From Octopus vulgaris (lineage: Eukaryota), in contig OX597822.1 in assembly GCA_951406725.2 (NCBI GenBank), forward strand, positions 13,330,001-13,394,000: a stretch of DNA of 64,000 nucleotides, written 5' to 3'. Shown here piece by piece: positions 1 through 12,800 of the stretch. The notes beneath the pieces were generated by a model that was given only the letters and a program-made list of their open reading frames with translations, was not told the DNA's origin and made no database searches. The first letter of the stretch is position 1, and each line of letters begins with the position of its first letter. The position numbers and the translations under genes were made by a program.

Positions 1-306
1 CCGGGCGTTGTGTGTGTTTATTGAGCGAAAACACCTAAAAGCTCCACGAGGCTCCGGCAGGGGATGGTGGTGATCCCTGCTGTACTCTTTCACCACAACT
101 TTCTCTCACTTCCTGTTTCTGTTGTACCTGTATTTCAAAGGGCCGGCCTTGTCACTCTCTGTGTCACGCTGAATATCCCCGAGAACTACGTTAAGGATGC
201 ACGTGTCTGTGGAGTGCTCAGCCACTTACACGTTAATTTCACGAGCAGGCTGTTCCGTTGATTCGGATCAACGGGAACCCTCATCATCGTAACCGACGGA
301 GTGCTT
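1..306 (+). mobile_element. SINE family C copy, 5' end cut by the window edge
   Basis: Body (gtatttcaaagggccggccttgtcac...cacgttaatttcacgagcaggctgttcc) recurs in reverse at 18076-18330 and 62250-62560, where it carries a tRNA-like head. Confidence 0.75.
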
Positions 307-351
307 CCATATATGTATATATACATATATTTGTGTGTGTGTGTGTGTGTA

Positions 352-538
352 TTCTTTTATTTGCTTCAGTCATTTCACTTGCGGCCATGCTGATGCACCG
401 CCTTTAGTCGGAGAAATATATTCCAGGACTTTGGGAGCCTAGCACTCTGTGGCCGAGTCGCTAATTTACGGGGACGTAAAAACACCAGTAGCGGTTGTCA
501 AGCGATGTTGAAGGCGACAAACACAGGCGCACAAACAT

Positions 539-582
<44 letters not shown>

Positions 583-654
583 GACGGGCTTCTTCAGAGG
601 CAATAGTATAAGACACTTGGCCAAGGTACCACGCAGAGGTATTGAACCCGTGAA

Positions 655-695
<41 letters not shown>

Positions 696-848
696 CACGA
701 CGGGCTTCTTTCGGTTTCCGTCAACATAAAACCCACTCACAGAGGCAATAGTAGAAGACACTTGCCCAAGGTATCACGCAAAGGTATTGAACTCGGAGCC
801 ATGTAATTAGAAAAAGCAAACGTCTTACCAGACAGCCACTCCGGCGCC
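352..848 (-). mobile_element. SINE family A fragments interrupted by (TA)n
   Basis: Reverse complement of the 7199-7612 element: head at 720-848, 3' part at 352-530. Confidence 0.8.
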
Positions 849-857
849 TATATATAA

Positions 858-902
<45 letters not shown>

Positions 903-1479
903 TAGAGATAGACAACATATATATATATAGAGACAGACAGACAGACAGAGACAGACAGACAGACAGACAGAGAGATATAAACAGATAGATAGATAGATAG
1001 ATAGATATATAGATAGATAGATAGATAGATAGATATAGATATAGATATAGATATAGATATAGACATATATGTTGTTTGTATTTGTAATTGTGTAACACTT
1101 TCTCGGTTTTGTTTTGTTTATTTGGGGTGGGGCGGTGTTGTCTTATTTGTCGAATACATTTTCTTGCTTTCTTCCAAAATATTTCATGCTCTTAGGGATT
1201 TCTGAAACCGGCCAGATTTGAACACTCTCAAAGTGTATCCGGCCGAAACTGTAAGGATATCTGCAAGCTTTACTTAGAAAAGTAGGCTGAGAATGAGCCG
1301 TCTTTTTTCTTTTCTCGCCCGTCTTTGTATCGTCTATTTGCCCGGATGTGTTATTGTCGTCTGTTGCGTTCTTGTTCCATTTTGGGGATTTATACAGAGT
1401 GCGTAAGATATTTGAAGACAGGTTTATGTTTATAAAAAGAAAAACGGGTATATAATAACTGATAACTTTATTTATCAAA

Positions 1480-2230
1480 AAATGCTATGAGGATAAAAAT
1501 AAACCTTTTCTATAATATTATTTAATAAACCCACCTCCAGCTGCAACAACAGCTTCTGTATGATATCTAAATTATTTAAAACAGATCCTAGTTCATTTTG
1601 GACATTACTCTGACAGTGGCTGCTTTTAAAGTATCTTTGGTGTTATGGGCGTATTCATTGACTTCTTTCTCAACAACGCTTCATATGTAATAGTCCAATG
1701 GAATGAGATCTGGGGAATTAGGAAGGCCAAATGTTAGGGGCTATGTGATGATGAAAATTTTCCGCTATCCATTCCTGTGTTGGTAGAGCCATGTTTGATA
1801 GTGCAGAGTCATACTGAAACACCTATGGCCTTCCATTGCATACACTACCTATGCAGGGCTTAACAATTATTTCCAGGACTGGAATTGTAATGAATGTTCT
1901 GTTGAACTTGCTGGACATACTCATGTTCTTATGATTTCAAAGTGTTTAGAATGCTTTTTTCTGATTTGATACTGGTGATACGTTTTTATCTTCAGTCTCT
2001 AACTCCTTACAAATTTTGTAGACAAAGGATCTGGCAAGTTTTAAAAATCGATATATTTCTAAATCGCTATGCTCAGACTTTATAACCACAATAACAGCAC
2101 GCCGATTCATTTCTTGAGTAAGCTGAGTGTCTGCCATTATTATTTTCTGAAACAAAGATTATACAGAGTGAGCAAAAAATGCAGCAATGACCCACAAAAG
2201 GTATGTCCTCAAATACCTTTCGTATCGTAT
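1480..2230 (-). mobile_element. Internally deleted Tc1/mariner-superfamily element, maT/DD37D-like
   Basis: N-terminal HTH-like ORF 1946-2155 (RRAVIVVIKSEHSDLEIYRFLKLARSFVYK). Downstream minus-strand frames read GRP*VFQYDSA...NIWP..SPDLIPLDYY, homologous to 19034-19700. Confidence 0.75.
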
Positions 2231-2405
2231 ATATACACACGCACCAACTTATATACATTCATACAAATCACACACACACACTTTCCTTCATGGGGTGTGT
2301 AAAACATCCAATTAAACTGGTAAGTCGGTTGAATACCACATCACTATGTGTATGATGCAAGTTACATACAATAAATTAAATAGAGAGCTGCAAATGAATT
2401 TAATT

Positions 2406-2464
<59 letters not shown>

Positions 2465-2469
<5 letters not shown>

Positions 2470-3170
2470 GTAAAAAATAAATACAGACATGGACAAGAAC
2501 ATGAAACACCAAAGAGACGACACAAGAACCACAGGACGGGACATTCGAAGCCCTCAGTCATCAGTCAAGAACCAGATCATCTTCGCAATTTCGGCTGATT
2601 AATCTTGAGATTGCTCCGATCTGGGCAGCCCCCCAAAGGAAAATCTAAGCCAAGCGCATTAGATCCCTTGGAAGAAAGCTTCGAATGTATACAACACGAG
2701 GACGGAAAACGAACGGAGTACACGAACAAAAATACAGAATACGTGACACCAATAAGAATACAAAAACGTAAAAACAATAACGGTAAAGATAAAAAACAAG
2801 ACAAAACCAGGACGTAGGACAAGGGTCTTTCGACAGGACGAGTTGAGTTGAGGCTGGCTTATGAAATAGTGCCTAATGGCCACAGGGAGACGAACAAATA
2901 CGTGTTGCTTCGACGACTGCTGGAACGAAAAGAGCGCTCAGCAGTGGCTAGCGGTCACGTGAGAACAAAAGACAGGAGAAAGGGACAGATGAAGAGAGAG
3001 AGAAGTTGGACGAGGGAGGAGAAGAAAGAGACAGATCGAGGGGACTGGAGGTGAGAGAGATAGAGAAACGTAGAAGGTGGGGGACGGATGGAGAGGGAAA
3101 GAAAGGAAGGGGAATAAGGGAGGAGAGAGAGAGAGAGAGAAAGAGACAGATCAAGAGTCGTATCAATGCT
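2465..3170. repeat. Interspersed repeat family D, unclassified, with purine-rich tail
   Basis: Homologous blocks (ggacgggacattcg, ccttggaagaaagc, tctttcgac..ggacga, cggtcacgtg) recur at 62695-63280. Partial inverted copies lie near 1150-1400, 15490-15770 and 34385-34710. Confidence 0.65.
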
Positions 3171-3640
3171 ATATACATATACATATACCTGTTAATGTTT
3201 AGCTAAAGTGAAAGAGTAATTCAAACCCGAGAGATTCGTGCGTGCCGACGCACGAAATGTGTGTATCTACTTATACTAATATTCTGAGCTCAATTTTTCC
3301 TGTTTGCATCAACATATAACTTATAGATATAACATCAGCATGTGTGTGTATGTGTATTATATCGTCAGTGACGATATATGATGTTTGTGTGTATGTAACA
3401 ATACATCACAGTACCAAATATAACCGTATAACCATAAACAACGTAACAAGAGTTGAGTATCTTATAACCTTTCGCATAATGACGATCCAATATTCCATCG
3501 CAGAGTAATAACGAGACTAACGCGCTCACAGTTCGACCTCAACTCTCTACTGGCTCATCCATTTATAAGACTCGTCCAGTCCACTGACAGTCACGTGCGT
3601 GGGTGTCAGTTCACTCTACAACGATATATTATGTGTGTAT

Positions 3641-3752
3641 AAGGCGGCGAGCTGGCAGAAACGTTAGCACACCGGGCGAAATGCTTAGCGGTATTGCGTC
3701 TGTCGTTGCGTTCTGAGTTCAAATTCCGCCGAGGTCGACTTTGCCTTTCATC
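3641..3752 (+). mobile_element. SINE family B, 5' part
   Basis: ggcggcgagctggcagaaacgttagc...gagttcaaattcc (A/B box-like) ...gcctttcatc; same as 38752-38978. Confidence 0.8.
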
Positions 3753-4184
3753 AGAGAGGGAGAGACAATATGGGCAGATTTAGAATTATGAATTGGAAAT
3801 CTACTCATTACGTGTAAGGGACTATAGTAGAATGTTGATGATTTAATCCATTGTTACTCCAGGTTCAGTCTTGTGTGTAATCGCTCAAGAATGTATGTAT
3901 GAGAGAGTGCACGTGCGCGGAAATTTTGTGTGTGTTTGTTTAGGTAAACTATGTTTTCACTGATGTCATTGATTGGCCAACAGCGATGCTGTGTCCCCAG
4001 CACGCGATTAATAGGCCAGACATTCGTATCCACTCAAGCTCATACGTCAGTGAGGTATTTATTTAATCGATGTATATATTTATCGATCTTTATTTCATCG
4101 GTTCCACAGTTATGTAAATTGAAGCAATGTCTGTGTGACATCGTTAAGCAGACATAAACATGATAAATGCACGTGTAACTACAC

Positions 4185-4229
<45 letters not shown>

Positions 4230-4251
4230 TGTAGGTAGGCAGGTATGCGCG

Positions 4252-4338
<87 letters not shown>

Positions 4339-4364
4339 GTATATATATATATATATATATATAT

Positions 4365-4462
<98 letters not shown>

Positions 4463-4639
4463 CGATAAACGTCGCCCTTTTCAAGCCTAGCCAGGCTCAT
4501 GGGCCGGTTTTCCGGTTTCTGTGGCGTATGTGTTCCCCCGAGCTAGACGGGACGTCAGTCCATCGCATATATATATATATACATATATGTATAGATATAT
4601 ATATATGGGTGTGTGTGATTGTGTATAGAAGAATATATT

Positions 4640-5834
4640 AATAAAAGGAATTCCAACCTTGTCTGATTTTCACGTTTTATTTACAATCTTATAATGATAT
4701 AAGATAATATAATAAAATAAAATAAAATAATAGAATGTTAAATGTTCATTCTGTTTGAACTAGTACTTTCATGCATTAAATTCTGCAATCTTCAGGTCCA
4801 TGTAGTAGTGGTGACAGTCATGCTTCACAATTTTTTACTGTAGCGAGATGATTAAATCTGTGTCTTAAATACAGCTGTGTAGGCTCCAGATTGCTACGTT
4901 TTGCAAACTGTATTCTGACCAACCAGTGTGTAGTATCACTCAATTACTTAAACTGATTGGTTTAGGCGTCACGCTTTGTTGAACATGTCAAGAGTCCTGT
5001 ATCTTAACCCTGGCCGAGGCAACAATCGTTGGGCTATTTTTAGAAATGTTGTAAATAGCCTTTGTCAGGGATTTTTATATTTCAATTGGCATCATCATCA
5101 TTGTCAGCACCTTAATTATTGTTGCTAGTGGTGATGGTGGTGGCAATAGAACTTTTAACCCTAAATAAGATAATTTTCCTGCTACCTTCATCTTGATCAC
5201 CTTTAGTATTGTTGTTGTTGTTAGTGGTCATGGTCGTAGCAGTAGAAGTAGTACCTCTAAGTATTATTATTATTGCTTATTTAGCTTGGGTTCGAATTTA
5301 TCAATAAAATTCTTTTCTCTGATTTTCCTCTCGATTTCACTTGGGCTGTGTAATTTGTAGAATGGAAATATTATATATATTTTCCGACCACATGTTGCTA
5401 GGTGGTTACTCAAAGGTATCTAACGGACCTCTGGGTCTCTAATCTGTTGTCGGTGTACAGGTGAGCGTTCTGATAGTGCATTTCCCGTCTGACCTACATA
5501 TATTTCTTCAAAATTTGGGCATTTGATGCAGTAAATTAAATTTCTGCTTTTTCAGTTCATATTCGCGTTTGTGAATATTTTCGCGGTTCTTGTGTTTATA
5601 TATTGGCTGGTATGTATGAATTGGTATGTGCCACAACGGCTATCATTGCATTTAGATACAGTGGTCTTTGTTGCTAAGGTCAAATTTTGCCTTTGTTAGT
5701 AATTTTTTCAAGTTTTTAGGCTAAGAACCATAGCTCGATCCGTGATTATATCTTTCAATTCATTACTTTGAGCAATGATTGGTAGGTTTGCTTTGGCAAT
5801 GTTGAAGATATTCTGGTGACATGGGTTGTGTGTC

Positions 5835-5876
<42 letters not shown>

Positions 5877-6095
5877 CTCATATATATTTACCGAATGGCG
5901 ATTTATTTCTTTAGCGTCCATTGCTTGACATAAATATTCCATGACTGTTTTCAAAGACTTCACTTGAATTTCATGCGGAATTTCATGCCGCTTAAGTTGT
6001 GCATTACTTCCTGCTTCTGTTTCCCCCGTTTCTAGAATAAATGTCAAAATATTGCCAACATTGTAACTGGATAATGCTGTGTAGCAAAATCTTTA
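4640..6095 (-). mobile_element. Penelope-like retroelement 3' remnant: Cys-rich linker, GIY-YIG endonuclease and 3' repeat with hammerhead
   Basis: Minus-strand translation of about 5270-5660 gives KCNDSRCG...SRNLIYCIKCPNFEEIYVGQTGNALSER..VHRQQI and the C-terminus RKIREKNFIDKFEPKLN, with stops and frameshifts. Hammerhead lies downstream at 4757-4799. Confidence 0.8.
4757..4799 (-). ncRNA. Type I hammerhead ribozyme motif
   Basis: GGAC-CUGAAGA-U UGCA(8 nt)UGCA U-GAAA-GUAC-UA-GUUC. Stem I GGAC/GUUC; helix III palindrome AGUACU. Confidence 0.75.
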
Positions 6096-6127
6096 TAATT
6101 TTCTATATTTCTATGTGCAAGAGTGGT

Positions 6128-6302
6128 AGGCGCAGGAGTGGCTGTGTGGTAAATAGCTTGCTTACTAACCACATGGTCCTGGGTTCAGTCCCACTCTGTG
6201 GCACCTTTGGCATGTGTCTTCTACTATAGCCTCGAGCCTTGTGAGTGGACTTGGTAAACGGAAACTGAAAGAAGCCCGTCCTATATATATATACACACAT
6301 AC

Positions 6303-6363
<61 letters not shown>

Positions 6364-6441
6364 AATGTATGTGCGTGCGTATGTTTGTATGTCAGTGTTA
6401 GTCCCCCAACATATCTTGACAACCAATGCTGGTGTGTTTAG
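6128..6441 (+). mobile_element. SINE family A copy
   Basis: tRNA-like head ggcgcaggagtggctgtgtggt...ggttcagtccc, internal (TA)n(TG)n tract. Confidence 0.85.
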
Positions 6442-6446
6442 TTTCT

Positions 6447-6656
6447 TATTTCTTTATTGCCCACAAGGGGCTAAACATAGAAGGGACAAACAAGGACAGA
6501 CAAAGGGGTTAAGTCGATGGGATCGACCCCAGTGCGTAACTGGTACTTAATTTATCGACCCCGAAAGGATGAAAGGCAAAGTCGACCTCGGCGGAAGACG
6601 AAATGCCGCTAAGCATTTCGCGCGGCGTGCTAACGTCTCTGCCAGCTCGCCGCCTT
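6447..6656 (-). mobile_element. SINE family B copy
   Basis: Reverse complement of 38752-38978, including gcctttcatcctttcggggtcgataaattaagtaccag (resembles a conserved SINE central domain). Confidence 0.85.
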
Positions 6657-6844
6657 TAGTTTCTATGATGGTTTAGTTTCTATAAATGTCTGCGTGGTTC
6701 TGAATCGCCGGGTATTTTATCTCATCGAATTCCACAGCTTTGTCGATTGAAGCAATGCCTGTGTCACACCGGTGAGTAAATGTATACATGACAGGTGCAC
6801 GTGTAAGTAAAACAGTTAGATAGACGTCATGTATGTATGTGTGT

Positions 6845-7135
6845 GCGCATGGCGTAGCGGTTAAGGTGTTGCACAAAAGATTGCGAAATCGTGGGTTCGA
6901 TTCCCAGACCGGGCGTTGCGTTGTATTCTTGAGCAAAGCACATTATTTCACGTTGCTCTGCCATCATTTCGACATTTAATATGGAGCACCCCGTTGCACC
7001 TGTATAGGTAACGTCAATGTAAGAGAGGGAGTGAGCATATGTCTACACAAACATTTCATCACGATGTACAAATCATTTGTGTGGTTGTTCGGTAAGAAAT
7101 TGTCGAACCCCCGTACGTTGCCTAACCACGGCAGA
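6845..7135 (+). mobile_element. tRNA-headed SINE, head related to family C
   Basis: gcgcatggcgtagcggttaagg (A box) ... gggttcgattccc (B box), followed by ccgggcgttg..ttgagc as at position 1. Confidence 0.65.
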
Positions 7136-7198
7136 GTCCATTATGTACATGTGTGGGTGTGTGTGTGTGTGTAACACCAAAAATACGGATAGAGAAAA

Positions 7199-7612
7199 CA
7201 GGAGTGGCTGTGTGGTAAGTAGCTTGCTTACCAACCACTTAGTCCCGGGTTCAGTCCCACTGCGTGGCACCTTGGGCAAGTGTCTTCTGCTATAGCACCG
7301 GGCCGACCAATGCCTTGTGAGTGGATTTGGTAGACGGAAACAGAAAGAAGCCCGTCGTATATAAGTATATATATATATATGTGTGTGCGTGTATGTTTGT
7401 GTGTCTGTGTTTGTCCCCCTAGCATTGCTTGACAACCTATGCTGGAGTGTTTATGTACCCGTCACTTAGCGGTTCGGCAAAAGAGACCGATAGAATAAGT
7501 ACTGGGCTTACAAAAGAATAAGTCCCGGGGTCGAGTTGCTCGATTAAAGGCGGTGGTCCAGCATGGCCGCAGTCAAATGACTAAAACAAGTAAAAGAGTA
7601 AAAGAGTAAAGA
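7199..7612 (+). mobile_element. SINE family A, near full length
   Basis: tRNA-like head, internal microsatellite, body ending gcatggccgcagtcaaatgact, (gtaaaaga)n tail; more than 10 related copies in the window. Confidence 0.9.
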
Positions 7613-7900
7613 GAAAACCCATATCTTTAATGCATAAATGGGTTTGTATGGTGAACTCTACAATTAATTATGTGACTTTCTTCATCCGTAGTTTTGTTGT
7701 CTGATACTCGGAATTTCTCAAAATTCTTCTGAATGATATTTCGATATACTTGGCATATGTGAGGAATTACCATGCAAGTGTATTCTACTTGCGTTTACTG
7801 GGGTCTGATTGGTGGAGAGAATTTACGAAATTCTTTTAAGATTGAGCGCTTTATGGGTATCTGCCTGAATCTTTTAATCCCTTGTTTTCTTCTTATCATG

Positions 7901-7966
<66 letters not shown>

Positions 7967-8131
7967 ATGTATGTATATATAGAGAGAGAGTGAGAGAGAG
8001 AGGGAGGGAGGGAGGGAGAGAGGAGATAGATATATAGATAGACATACATACAGACAGACAGACAGATAGATAGCGAGATAGATAAATAGACAGGCAGACA
8101 GACAGACAGACAGATATACAGACAGACAGAC

Positions 8132-8212
<81 letters not shown>

Positions 8213-8213
<1 letters not shown>

Positions 8214-11120
8214 GTTTCTTTATTGGCCACACAGGGCTGGACACAGATGGGACAAATTACAAGGTAGAGCTTTTCTTTTCAGGGATGAAAAAAAACAGTG
8301 GCGTAGGTTTTCGATCAAAAGGGATCGTAAAAAGGAAAAAAGAAAAAAGAAAAAAAGGAAAAGAAACAAAAGAAAAGAAAAAAGAAAAAATAGGAAAAAA
8401 GGGGAAGAGGAAAAAAAACGATCAATAGAGATCGTGTATCACAGTGTCATGATGTACGGTGTAAAGGGGGAAGCAGATAAGGTTTATCCGTGGGAAGAAA
8501 AGCCTACGAAAAAGACCACGGTAACCCCGGTCAATATTGTTATATGTTACCACATTTGTTTGCAAGTGGGTAACCCACTGTTTTCAATTTCTGGGTTCAT
8601 AGGATTATGCTCAAGGTGGCTTCGTCATTCATACGTGCCATCCTTGCTACATTCACCCATCTTTTTTTAAAACATTCGCTAGACAAAACTTGCCTCTCTA
8701 CTCTCACTTTCCTTTTCAAGTGGTACTTGAAGAAGTTGATGAGAGATTGACCAGAGAGGAAAGTGTTTGTCTCCAAGCCTTTCAGACGCGTCCACTAGAT
8801 ACATTCTTTCGCCATAGCAACAAGGATGATGAAAATACCTCTTCCTTCCCGTTTGAAGGAAGGAGGCGTGACAATATTGCCGATAGACTCAGCTGATAAA
8901 CCGACTCGTCCCACACGTGACAGCAGTTGTTCGACATAAGCCCACAGGACGGAAATTGTTGGACACTGCACGAGTGCGTGCAGAACGGTTTCGTCGCTCT
9001 GACCGCATCTCGGGCAGGTCGGCCCTGTGTTTCTCGAGCCGTGTCTGTAGAGCTTATCCCGAACGGGTAGCGCTTCTCGGTAGCACTGCTAGGCCAGGGA
9101 TCTCTGGAAATTGTCCATGGGCCCTGGCCCGAAAGTCGTCCCGAACAGGCGGGTCAGGCATTCCTCGTCGATGTCCAGGTTCGCCCCAAGATCGTCGTCG
9201 TACCTCCCCTCCACTAATCCCCTATAGAATGCTTGGGTTGTGATGGAGTCACTCAGGATCGACCCGGGACGGCAGAGTTGCTTGAGAGCAACGCGATACT
9301 CGCGGTGCCATTCGCCCTTCCTCGGGCTCTTTTTGATCCAGGACTGCAGTTCGGTCATGGAGACGAGCTGCGGGAAAGCGTGCCTCACAAACGGCGACCA
9401 CACCTGTTCACCGTCGTCTACGAAGAGCCTGAGGTGTCGCAGTCTCAGCGCGTGTCAGCGCATCATCAACCACGGCATGCCCAGTCCTCCTTTTAACGGG
9501 TGTTGACAGCAAATGGATCGCCTGACCATCGGGACGCATCCTTTACACAAGAAGCGAAAGAGAATGCGTTCTAGTTTGGTGATGGTAGTGTCGGGACAAG
9601 GTACGACGGTCAGGTGGTAGTAGATGACGGACGCGATGTACGAGTTCGCCACCTCCGCCCGACCTTTTAGGGACAGATTCCTCTCGGTCCATTGCCGGGC
9701 GAGAGTGACCAACCTGCTTGTTATCTCGTTCCAGTTCTTCTCCATTTGGAGGTCCGGACCGAACCAGACCACGAGCAACTCGACCGGACCGTCGGTCTAT
9801 CGTCCCACAACGGAGGCGCTGGTGGACGGCATGGGCTTGCTTCTCCAGGTGCCTAGTCGCAAGCCCACTGACTTTTCCCGGTTGATTTTCGCTCCTGTCA
9901 CCGCTCCGTAGTTTTTTAGTGTCTCGCCGACCTGCTCGATATGCTCGTGGCTAGACACTATGACGGTGACGTCGTCCGCGTATGCAGACACGCTCGTTCC
10001 GCATCCCAGTTCTCGCAGGATGCCCCTCAGAGTTGCCAGCTTCCGCAATAATGGCTCGAGAGTCAATATGTATAGAAGCGACCAGAGGGGGCATCCCTGA
10101 CGGACCGAACGTGCGATGTCGAAAGGTCTCGATAGATGTCCATTTACACGAATTACCGAACGGATGCCTCTGTACAAAGCGGCTATTCAGCCGCAGAAGA
10201 CGGGACCGAAGCCAGCCGCTCTGAGGACAGCCCCCAAGTATCGATGGTCTACCCTATCGAAAGCTTTCGATTGATCCAAATTTATCAGCGCCCCACCCAT
10301 GCCAGGTTCGTTAACTACCCTGTCTATGATGTAACGCATCAGGTGGAGGTTGTCATGGATGGTCCGGCCCGGCACGGCGCACGTTTGCGCCTTGTCGACC
10401 AGTTTCTCGATAACAAGCGCCAACCTCTTAGCTAACACCTTGACCAAAATTTTCAAGTCTGCATTAAGCAGAGTGATGGGCCTAAAGTTATCTATTACAT
10501 TTCCTTTGTTTAGATCTTTCTTCAGCAGTGTTACGGCTCCTCGGCTCACAAAACCAGGAATGCTCCCGTTTTGCTGCCAGTTGCAGTACACCGCAGCCAA
10601 GACGTCTCCAAACAAGTCTGGCATACAACTGTAAAGCTCGTAGGGTAGACCATCCAAACCCGGTGATTTGTCCCTCGAGCATTCTGCCATCGCGTCCTGC
10701 ACTTCCGCCGCCGTGATGGCACCTTCGCAATACCCTGCCTCTCTTGTCGATAGTCGTGGTAAGCTGTGTAGGTAGGCACTGAAGTCCACCCTACGTTCTT
10801 GCCCGCCACTCGTCCCGAACAGTCGGGCAAATGCTGTTGAAAGGCCTCACACATTTTACTTGGCTCGAGGAATTCGTGCCCCTGTTCATCTACCAGAGAC
10901 CGAATGGTGGCTTTGTTGCCCTATTGCGCCTCTGCCACCGGGCCTCTCAAGCGGCTCCAACACCTTCTTTCCTTAGAGCACGCATCCTAGCTCTGACAGC
11001 ACACCCTTCGTTGTTTGGCGTTGAAGTGTTGGTCGAGGGCCAGCCTCGCCGCCAAAACGTCGGATGCGATGCCGCTTCTAATTGCCTCTTCTAGCTTCTT
11101 AACTAGCTCACCCTCTACCC
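8213..11120 (-). mobile_element. 5'-truncated Tx1/L1-group non-LTR retrotransposon
   Basis: GC-rich island. RT motifs KSPGLDG, NFRPITLLNADLKI, LDQSKAFDRVDH, VRQGCPL, AYADDV, GGLGMP; zinc knuckle CPRCGQSDETVLHALVQCP at about 8960-9015; U-rich 3' UTR with AATAAA at 8219-8224. Confidence 0.93.
8597..11120 (-). pseudogene. LINE ORF2 (RT and CCHC) broken by stops and frameshifts
   Basis: Consecutive ORF pieces 10187-10789, 9797-10177, 9455-9778, 9089-9403; ends ...ATLSIIL* at 8597. Confidence 0.88.
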
Positions 11121-12082
11121 TAGACAGATACATAGATAGATTAATTGATTGATTGAGTGACTAATTGTTTGATTGACTGATTGATTGATTGATTGATTGA
11201 ATGTATACACATACGTACACACACACACGCACATATAAATCCATGTAATTCAGTACCAATCAAACTGATGTTGGCAAATTTATTGTGAAGCACCTTTGCG
11301 TATCTCAAGCGTGAATGAGATTGTGCACGTGCAATGCACAAAATATCCGACCCGACATATTTCTCTCTACTAGCGTGTCTATACACTCGTATTTCTGTGT
11401 GTGTACGCGTGTGCGTGAATGTATATATCTGGCTGTTCTCATGAATTACGTATTGAGATTTAAATTTATCAACTATACGTATGTGTGTGAGTATTTGGCA
11501 GCGCCGTGGGAGCATGATCTGATGCATGTGTATTTGTCGGTGAGGAAGGACATAGACGAACACACACATAAATAACTGTTGATGTATCTATGTTAGGGTT
11601 TATGCCCACTTGTACAGATTCATAGTTTCTTTTTTAGAGAATTTGTTTGAGGTTTTACTATTCATTACTGCCAAGCTATATAGTTTATTCAAAATAGTCT
11701 GGCTAGAAATCATATTAATGGGAACTACAGTGGCATCAAAAGATTTGATTCTCCCATAAACATTATTCTCAGAATACAGGGATTCGTAAGGACTTCCCAA
11801 TGGATAGCTTTCTCTGTAACTGTAGAGCTCATAATAGTTGTCCATGCACTGACATAAAAAATTATTGGTGTCTTTAACAGAGGTTTTCTTACACATAAAA
11901 GGGAAACAAAAATGTTAATTTAAGGCTTATTGAAAACATGCATATACATATGTATGCGTGTGTACGTGTGTATCTATGTGTATGTACATATAAATATATA
12001 TATATATAATTAATTAATATGTGTATATATATATGTGTGTATATATATATATAATTAATATGTGCATATATATATATAATTA

Positions 12083-12119
<37 letters not shown>

Positions 12120-12120
12120 A

Positions 12121-12315
12121 AGTTAATTCAAACAAGAAAACAAAAACAAAAAAACAACAACGCAAGGACGTGGAACAAATAAAGTATTATTGGACGCTCA
12201 GGGAAGACGGAGGGTTTGACGTTTCGAGCGGAGCTCTTCGTCGGAAACAGAAGGATAGATCCCGAGAAGGGAAGACAGGGGAAAAAAATCGCTAGTGATA
12301 CAGACGAGGTCACAT
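12121..12315 (-). mobile_element. Short hammerhead-bearing repeat, family H1
   Basis: Motif at 12214-12248: GUUU-CCGACGA-A GAGC UCC GCUC-GAAAC GUC-AAAC. Related copies at 17500-17680, 24045-24147, 32490-32632, 33705-33905 and 38567-38750. Confidence 0.75.
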
Positions 12316-12324
12316 ATTCCTTTA

Positions 12325-12544
12325 CGTGTTTCAGTCAATTGACTGCGGCCATGCTGGAGCACCGCCTTTAAGTGAACAAATCAATTCTTGGACTTATTTT
12401 TTGTAAACCTGTTATTTATTCTATCGGTATTTTTGCCGGACCGTTAAGTTACAGGGATCTGACTACCTCCAACATCGGTTCGGTTGTCAACAGATGGCGG
12501 AGGGACATACAGACAGACAAATATATGCATACATACACACACAC

Positions 12545-12597
<53 letters not shown>

Positions 12598-12800
12598 GCA
12601 GACACGTCTCATACCCGAATCTTTTGTGATAATAGACTGAACTGAACCGCACGGGTTTCTTTCAGTTGTTTCCGTCTAACAAATCTACTCACAAGGCTTT
12701 GGTCGGCCCGACGATATATTAGAAGACACCCAAGGTACCACAAAGTGGGACTGAACCCGGAGCCTTGTGGATGGGAAGCAAGCTACTTACCACACGGGCA
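12325..12800 (-). mobile_element. SINE family A copy
   Basis: Reverse complement of the family A head and body, with expanded (CA)n. Confidence 0.8.

Noticed and set aside
2530-2570. CUGAUGA...GAAU motif in family D (also near 15640, 34625 and 62740)
   Set aside because: No GAAA and no convincing stem II or stem I; not called a hammerhead.
3236-3270. Hairpin tcgtgcgt-gccg-acgcacga followed by aatgtgtgta
   Set aside because: Could be a decayed hammerhead, but the CUGANGA box is absent; not a terminator in a eukaryotic context.
11600-11896. 98-aa minus-strand ORF
   Set aside because: No recognisable domain; at most faint mariner-like words (HWEVL in another frame), too weak to call.
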